From contig CM120640.1 in NCBI GenBank assembly GCA_051362555.1, forward strand, positions 20,584,001 through 20,648,000: 64,000 nucleotides of DNA. The letters run 5' to 3'. Positions 48,601-64,000 of the stretch are shown piece after piece. A program made the position numbers and the translations under genes. The DNA is from Lingula anatina. Taxonomy: Eukaryota; Animalia; Brachiopoda. A model generated the notes under the pieces. That model did no database searches, was not told where the DNA came from, and saw nothing but the letters and a program-made list of their open reading frames with translations. Within the stretch, counting starts at the first letter, position 1. Each line of letters starts with the position of its first letter.

Positions 48601-51600
48601 CAGGATAGATTACTAACATTAAAAGGGCTTTGATGCATTAGATTTTAAATGTCAAAGAAACAGTGCTTCTGGACGAATAAGTAATATGAACAAATAGCAT
48701 TTTTCTCTCCCACCATGTATACAATGGACTGTGTGATCTTTGACTGGCCTCTTAATACGTTATTGCCAGAGCGTGTCAATAAACCTATTCTCTGCATAAA
48801 ATTGCTGTCTGGATACAAGCAGACTCTATTCTTAGCCATATGTATGCTCTAAAGAAAACGGAGCTTTCCCTCGTTGTGAGTTTGTGAACCCTTGGCATAG
48901 GCGATTGATGCAGCCAAGACGACATGCACAAATGGAGCGACTGCATATTTTTCTGAAATTAGAATGTGCGCAGTGATGGTTGTGTGACTTATGGCGTGTC
49001 CATGAGCGCGCGGCATGATGCCGAAAGGCGGCGCGTCGATCGTTCACTTAATGCATGTAAGATCGATGAAAGGTAAGGCAAACTTTTACATAATCTAATT
49101 TGCTGGGAAGCGAATGATTATGTGGACATTTCTCGGTGTTACGTCATTTCTACTGACTAACACCATAATATAAGCAAAACAACACAATTAGGTGTGAAAG
49201 CAAGGTGTTACATAATTTGTTTGATATTCCCTTTGCGGTGTATACACGAGCTAGCTTTTCACTTTCAAATATCGTTAACCGAAAGATGGCAGTTAAAACT
49301 AAATCGACCTGCACCGCTTCTACCTTTCATATGCGATGAAGAATTATTATGAATGTGAGTCACTCATGGCTTCCCTCAAACCCCGTAGCTGTTTGTTTGT
49401 TTTCTTTTCATCCCTTCTCTGCGGTTTCATTTAATATTTATTGAATTTCAATTGTCTGTGGGAGCAGCGAGTAAAATCCACACCTTGTATCGATCACTTA
49501 ACTGACGTGTAAATGACTACTTCAGCATGGGATTTCATGGCAGATTTTTTATTGTTGTTGTTCCCATTCTGTCAGTCACTCCCTTACACCGTGTTGGTTG
49601 TGGAGTATTGACTGACCGATGGCAGGAAAAGGTCACGCCTGGACAGACATCCCCCTGTCAATTGTTCCCCTCACACTGTGGTCAATAGATAACACACAGT
49701 GTTGGCAGGCTGAGGATATTGACTAAGCAAACCTACAACAATAACCTTTGTTGCTTTCAGTTGCTAAAATCCACTCAATGTCAAATGTAAGGGATCGCTC
49801 TAAGTCTCTGGCAGCTCGAGTGGTTAATCAGATTCTCTCTCCCCATCTCTCCCGTCACAGGTCACACGGCCCAGTGAGCCTCTGTCACACCTGATATCAT
49901 ACACTCTTTACTTAACCTGGCTCAGGTCTTGCTTCATTTATGCAGCTTTGGTAAAGATATTGATGATTAATTAGAACATGTGTAGGCCTCAGTGGTCAGT
50001 GCTTCCCTCAAGCCAGTCATGTTTAACAAATTTGTCAATTTGTCAATCTTCTGAGGTTACATGGCCATTTGGCCTTTCTGGACTTTTAAGGTGAAGGTAT
50101 TTCTGTAGCCTGGTCATGTTGATTTAAGTTGTTTCACTATACATTCAAGGAGTGTTATTCTATCTGGCCCCTTTTTTTTCATGTTAACTTGTGTGGTCAT
50201 TGAATATGTTTTTAATTTATTATGGTTTTACTGGTTTTATGTATATATATTGGAGTTAAGATACTAAACATTTGAAGTGGATGCATTTTTTTCTTCTTTT
50301 TCCATAAGAACATTATTCTTAAGTTTTGCCAATTTTTTCATCTTTGTGCAATTTAGGATTTGAAAATATTATAGGCCAACTATGTAAAGCTGATAACAAA
50401 AAAAAAAAAAAAAAAAAAAAACATATAACATCTGAAATTAGTCTTCATCTTGACATAGGCAACTGAGTCTTCATTAAATTTTATGTATATTTAGCTTACT
50501 TCCATTTTTATAATATTTAAATATTTATTATTTATTTATAATAATAAAAGATCAGAATTTGATTTAAAAAAAACAAATATTTATTTTCTCTATTAATTAA
50601 TAAATGTTTTTTATTGAAAAAAAATACTCTATGTGTAAATGTTTAATAAAATGTTATGTGAAATTTAAGTACCAATAGAAATTTTTTTTGTTTATTTTAA
50701 CTACCCCAAAAAAGGGTTTACTTCGGCAGAACCTATCCAGGAAGCAATTCATCTCTGAGATGCAAATAATGCTAGCATTCAATTAATAACAGTTGTAAGA
50801 TAAAAGGCCTGTGTGATGGGATGTTAGATTAGTCCACAAAGAGAAAACCATGAGGGTGGTCTTCATATTTTACTTGGCAGTAAAAAAAAAAAAAAAAAAA
50901 AAGACACAACTCATGAGATTTTTTTTTAAAGCAGCAATTTTGTTCATTTATTTTTATTTATTTATGTATTAAAATATTGAGTGATTGGGTCCTGTCCAAA
51001 ATGTCTTGGCAGTACAATTATCTCAGAGGCAAAACATTTTTTCAAGAATTAAACACATTTCTTTATATCTTTTCATCTAAGATTTTTTCCTGTGGTGATA
51101 TGACAGAATTCTTAAGTTATTTGATTTTCGATTGTATTATGGAAGTTGAAAAGTTAGTTATATTTATAGTATTGTCATTTTAGATATTTTGTGAGAAAAA
51201 CGTTTTCATGAATATAAACAGTAATTTCATTAGAACTCATTTTCCATTATGATGTTTTTTTTTGCATGTAATGATTTATTTTCATTTATTTTTGAGATTT
51301 AACTTGAAACCTGTTTTATTTTCAAAAGTCCTTCAATGATACCAAATTGAATACAAATTCATGGTAACTTCATTATTGAATGTCAAGTGGGGAAAAACAG
51401 AAATATTGGAAACGACCAAAATGAAAACATAAGATGCAGATATTAAAACACATTGGAAAAAAAAAGAGTTAAAAAAATACACACAGATAAGGGTCAATTT
51501 TCATTTTTTTAAATTTTTATTTCAGTGGTGCCCAAATCCAACTGGAGCGAGAGGGAAATCTGGAGGTAGAGGTAACGGGGCTGGATGAACATGGCTACCT

Positions 51601-51697
51601 CCTGGTGCAGGCTGCCAGTGGCAGGTGTCTGAGTGTGCAACCAGACAGCAACAGCTTTGACATGATGAAGAATCTCATCAAGTTCAAAGAGAGATAG
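39689..51697 (+). CDS. HLCS: Holocarboxylase synthetase / biotin-protein ligase, long N-terminal form (11 coding exons)
   Basis: Exons 39689-39949, 40469-40639, 40904-41057, 41294-42240, 42535-42714, 43122-43393, 43905-43972, 44434-44594, 46975-47089, 47732-47945 and 51526-51697. Motifs [38 protein letters not shown]...[30 protein letters not shown] and GLDEHGYL...[14 protein letters not shown]. Confidence 0.96.
45925..46045. mobile_element. Short palindromic element built from 10-bp CCTATAGGAT units (MITE-like fold-back)
   Basis: CCCTACTGAAAAAGTCTTATAGGATCCTATAAGA...TCTTATAGGATCCTATAGGACTTTTTTGTAAGAG. The arms are near-perfect inverses around GGGCCAA. No clear TSD. Confidence 0.65.
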
Positions 51698-54600
51698 TTA
51701 ATTGAGCTCACCCAAGAAGCTGTGAGCAGCACACGAGTTAGCGCAGGAGGAGTGTTTCTTTTTAACATTGAGTAATACACCGTGCCCTTTTCCTGAGTGC
51801 ACTGCATGGCATGACTTGTTTTTTTTTCTTTAGACAGAGACGGATTTTGCAGACGTGTTGATATTAAATTTAAAGCTAAGACTTAATATGTGAAATGATA
51901 GTCCTTGATATACGCATGAAACCGTCAAACGGATTGTGAAGAAAGAATTGTGATAGGCGAATATTAATACGCTTTATTTATTCATGTTTGTTATCAATGT
52001 AAGTTTATACAGTATGCACGATGGCACAAAAATGAGTGAAATGTCACTTTAGTATTGTTTAAATTTGCCACACCGTGCATGTTATTTTTCTGAGAAAAAA
52101 AACGTTGATCATGGTTTGAAAATGGATGGCTAGATTAATTATGCTGTGTTAATTTGAAGCACTGATTTTATTAAGTTGTAATTTGTAAACGACTGATGCA
52201 TATCTACTTTTTGAATTGATCATGTGTGTCGGTTTAAAGTTTTTTTTATTCACACAATATTAAGCAAGTACCATGGGATTTTGTTTATTAAACGGTGCTG
52301 TTTTACGAGTGTAAACACATTTTGTTTTATTTTCAATTGCTGGACAGATTTTGGTATTTTTTCGTCGCTGTTGACGTTGTTCATGACCTTTTAATGTTTT
52401 GATCCACGTTTGAAAGACCTCTTACTCTTTGAAGTACCATTGGGCATTTATTATGTGTTCAGCTAACTATTCAATTCCCGAAGGTTTGAAATCGTTTTCC
52501 CCAGCAGACGATTGTCAGGACGAACAATATGACACACTGAACAGTTGGGAAATTTCAATGTATGGTCTTCATTCGAGTACTGAAAGAAAAAAATTGGGGA
52601 CGCATTGTTGACATTTCATTTCTTTTCTCATGAAAATGACACGGAAGGCTGGGGTGTTTACACAGGCCCAGATATATCTGAATTGCTCCGTATTGTGATG
52701 GTCGGCAAGTTTTGTTCTGTGATCATTCTTCGGGTTTGGATGTGGTATTGTGATTTGAGCCAGGCATTCCCGTATCCCTGCTCGGGTGCTTTGATTCGTG
52801 TCTCCCGGGGTCAGGGGCCAACGAAAGCCATATACATATATGCAGGGAGCTCGGAGGCTATCATTGGCGCTATGCCATGCATAACCATTAGCCCAAAGTG
52901 ATCAAGTACAAATTAAGAGACCTGTAATATCCAGTAAGCATCTGTGATTGTCGCTTAGTTTAAGCTACTTGAGTCGGTCTTGAATGTGTCTCCAATGGGT
53001 TTTGTGAACTAAAAATGTTTTGTTTTTACACATTTTTTGTTCTTGGTTATTGCGCGGTGAACGGTTAACCACGACTTGTTAGAAAATGAGTCCTGAAATA
53101 GCCAGCATTTCAAAACCTCAAGCACGATCATTGAGTGAAATTTCCCTTCTATGGCAACCACTCCAGAGGCGAGTGCTAATTTCTAAAAGCATAGTAATAC
53201 GTTGAAGTTCCCTCGAACTGATTAGCACAGGATATGCAATCCCCCTATTCTCTACGCAATAGCTTTCACCAGGCCCGGTAAGCGAATGAAGTGTGACTGA
53301 AGTCGGAGGAGAATGCTCGAGGACGGCTAGCTTAAAAACCCCATTCATTACCCCGACAAACGTGGCATTGGGAAGCTCTGGATTATATTTTCTGTGCAAA
53401 TAATCTGAATGCAGTCTTTGAGACCTAGTCGTTGCATCAAACGCCTAACCTTTTGTTTGGCGAACAAAACCGTTCTGGCAGCGGCTCAAGTTGTATTAGG
53501 GGGGCGAATATCGAAATATTTGCGCATCGGTCAATATTGGAAGGTTTCAGCATGTAACACCGTTTTTAAGTGGTGCATAATCTCTTTCTCCAACATGACT
53601 ATATTTTCGTGCAACGGTCTTACTGGTTCGGAGGAAAAGAAAGAATGCAAACTGAAATCCGTAATTTCTTAATCTTTTTAAATATTGGCTTTAATTTTGT
53701 ATTTGGAACACGTTTTCGAAATTTGACCTCGAAAGACGATACCATTATCTTATTAACAAAAACATCGGATGGGTTTGCTGAAGACTATATAGACTCATCA
53801 GAAATGTAGAAATTTTTTCACGAAGGAAAAACAGAAATTCAGAGATAGTATAGATTGCAAAAAAAAGCAGTGAAAAGGGTAGACTATTGTCTGCGGGAAA
53901 TATACAAAATTAATTTTGAAACTACCATATTACAAAATGAAAAGCGTACATTTTAGAAAGGTACCTTTGTGTTGAGAAATGTTTCAGAATATTCAACGGA
54001 ACGCACGTATATAAGACCCGTCTTTGATGTTCTGAACAAAAATTGCCTCTACAAGAAAAGTACTTGTAAGTGCGTTCAAGAAGTTATTTTTTTTCTGTAT
54101 AGTCAACAATATTTTCCTAAATTTTTTTCTGAAACCCCGACCTGCCTTAACTCGGCAGACTGGTTGGTGTTGCGTTAGTTTTTCGAATTCTGTCGGTCCT
54201 AATTTTTGTTATCTTTCTGGGACAGGAAAACTTATCTAGTCTGTATGCAAAAATTTTGATGCCAAACTTGGAGAAGCTGGCCTATCAGAACTGTTCTGAA
54301 GAATTTGTGCTATGGAAGCAATTCCCCTAATGTGTTATGCATGTGGTCGGTTCAAAAAGGTGAAATCGTATTCAAACTGGATCGTTTTTAAGTAAAACTA
54401 ATGCTTCCAATTTCTGTTCAAAGCCTCATAATACTTTAGATTTTTTACAAAAACTTCGAAAATGGATGCTGCATCTTTTCATTTTCCAACAGGCTGAGCT
54501 TTAAAATTTTCAAAGAAACTTGAACCCAGTTTTCAGAGCTGTGTATTATTTCTGTTGTCAAGAGTGTTTGACTTGAAAGTGCATATAAAGAAACAAAGTC

Positions 54601-56441
54601 GCATGGCATTTCTTGAATCAAATACGTAGTCATTTAATGACTTAAAAATCATCTATTAATAATAGTTGTGTTACACAGCATCGCAATCTGATTCTACTAC
54701 CATCACTTAAACATCACATTGGCACGAATGGACAACTTAATTACTTGATTGCTATATATCTAAATATACCATACTTGACTTAATTCACTATTAGAGATCC
54801 TCTTACATACATTCATATATGTATTTATCAATCATTGACATTGGCCATATCTTCAAATGATCTGAGTTCCCAAAGGCGTTTTCAAATGAAATAATAAAAG
54901 TGATTCCTTCAAATAATATACATTAAATCTTGAATAGATCTAATGTTCAGAGATGGGTCCTATGAAGTCATCTTCCCAGTAAGATGAATAAATCGCTGAT
55001 ATTGGTTATAACTTGAAAAGAAGTGCTTCCACAATATTGATAACATTATAAGTATCAAGTATGAAACGCTCAACAATAACGTCTTAAATGCAAATATGGT
55101 AAATCTTGTATCATTCTGAGAAAATGCAACAAAGAGAGAATATTTAATTTTGAAATCTTGAAAATACGAAAACCTAGTTGACATACAAATATCTAAATGG
55201 TTACAATATGATGCATATGTGAAATTGCAAGTCGCTGACACACATTTAGATACATGCGCAAAAGATGAATCATATAGCATATAGAAATTTCTGGGTTACC
55301 TAAGAAACACTGAAAGACCAGAGATTACATACGCATTTATACGAAGAATTAGTGACCCATTTTATGAACCTGCGTTTTATTTGCAATTGACAACATGTGT
55401 TGTGGACACCATTTTCAGGTTAGGCCTTAACAGTAGCATTATTGTTCGACAAGACTGAGTTAACAATGCCCACCCTTTTGAAAAAGAAAGAATGGTGGGT
55501 TCTGAAATATGCAGCCAGAGACCAATTTTCACAAATATCTGACTACCAAAGAAATGCATTATTTCAATTCAAACAACTTCTATGCACTGACAAATATCTG
55601 GACACCTATCTATATATAATATACAATTTTAATTCCTGTATGCTATATTTTCCTAATATATTTAAATAAAAGAGGAATGATAATATCATTTGAGCAAGAA
55701 ATTAAAACCTTTCTAATGCACCATAGTACCCTGTGCATAATCATTTAATTGAAACATTCATTTTAAGTCGTGTGTATACGACTGACACTTTTTATGCCCA
55801 TTGCATTTACATGCGTTGTACGTTGGTCCGCTAAATAACAATTCGTTTTACAAATTTCTGGCAAGAAATTGATTTTCTCATTGAAAAGAAGAACTGTCTT
55901 TTTGATAATTCCAAAATTACCGTATTTCATCGCGATTGCAGTGTAGCAAATGTTAGAGTTACACTGCAGTGCATAAATATATGAAAATTACAAAACAAGT
56001 TATGCACCGAGCTTTTATAAAAAATATACATAAGGCAAACTTGTGACCATTTTCTCTTGTGTATTATATAATGGTCTAATGCTGCTTATTTTGTGCTGCA
56101 TTTTAAGCATAGTATTTGGGCTAAGAAATATTGCAGTGTGATGCATTACAATCCATGTGTTTGTTCAATTGCATCGTTCATCGGAATTGAAAGACTTAAA
56201 AGTACGACGATATCGATAAAACATTTATGCTAAGAAAGAATCCTTGTCGTTTTATTGGATCACCTTAAAGAAAACATTTCCCATTATGCGTTAATCTGTA
56301 AGTGAAGATCGAACTCCTTTTCTTTCATGTGTATTACCATTCATAGGATGTAACCCGCCTACTCAAAATTTTTACGGATTTTCAGTCCGAGAACACGCCA
56401 TCTATCCCATATTTGACTCAAAAAATTCAAAAAGAACAATT

Positions 56442-63417
<6,976 letters not shown>

Positions 63418-64000
63418 CTGAAAAGCGGAGACTTAAAAAGATAAAAACATTTCAATTGAATTTTTAAAATCAATCTTTCTATAAATCCTTTGTCTAAGCA
63501 TAGTAAATAAAAGGGACGAAGCGTAAAAATCATACTTCACAATAAGTAGTCGTGGTGGCTACTACAATATGCTTTAAATGATAGAAAATAGGTCGCATTT
63601 ATTTTACTCAGTGAATATCTGAAAGAAACTGACCAAAACCTTTTGAAAATTGGCCCCCTTTTACTTTACATTGTATGAAGGAGCTTCGACTACCGGTTAG
63701 CAACAACAGAAATAACGATTGAAGAAATGAAAAATAAAGAAATTGCTTACAATACACTTACAATAAATCTAAATGTTATTTTTATTATTTTTTTCGCTTC
63801 CAGACTCACTGATTTTGGCAAACTACAGTACCTTTCGTATAATCTTTGTATAAAAGCTATTCCATAAATTATACTGGCACTATCTAAAACATTGGCAAGT
63901 TATCTTATCGACATATAGTATGTTTATACTTTAGATAACATCAAAACCATGTTAAATCCAAGTGAAATTTTTCGGTTTGTGTAATTTCCCCATGGATAAT

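Noticed and set aside
52400-55700. Several 60-106 aa ORFs between HLCS and SIM as an extra gene
   Set aside because: No recognisable motifs or consistent exon chain. More likely UTR, regulatory or decayed repeat sequence.

Overview
AT-rich, intron-containing animal genomic DNA, probably lophotrochozoan/molluscan (inferred from gene style and Helentron/HINE-type repeats). It is not prokaryotic. I hand-spliced nine genes from GT-AG sites and frame continuity: the 3' end of a GPI-type Xaa-Pro aminopeptidase (+); an 11-exon GH3 beta-xylosidase (-); a 4-exon signal peptide-LDLa-Ly6/three-finger-GPI protein (-); MPC2 (-); an intronless ankyrin-CAAX gene (+) nested antisense in the last MPC2 intron; an 8-exon RGG + helical + VWA/MIDAS protein with Ro60/TROVE-like architecture (-); an intronless MGxxxS/SOCS-box gene (+); HLCS (+); and single-minded (SIM, -, bHLH exon outside the window). 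HLCS and SIM lie tail-to-tail, as SIM2 and HLCS do on human chr21. Repeats include two Helentron-associated (HINE/DINE-1-like) elements with internal tandem arrays and several MITEs with clear TIRs and TSDs. Best leads: the Ro60-like RGG/VWA protein, the LDLa-Ly6 exon-shuffled fusion, the lipid-anchored ankyrin and SOCS-box orphans, and a probable SIM-HLCS regulatory block. No tools were used, so all family assignments come from motif recognition and need database confirmation.
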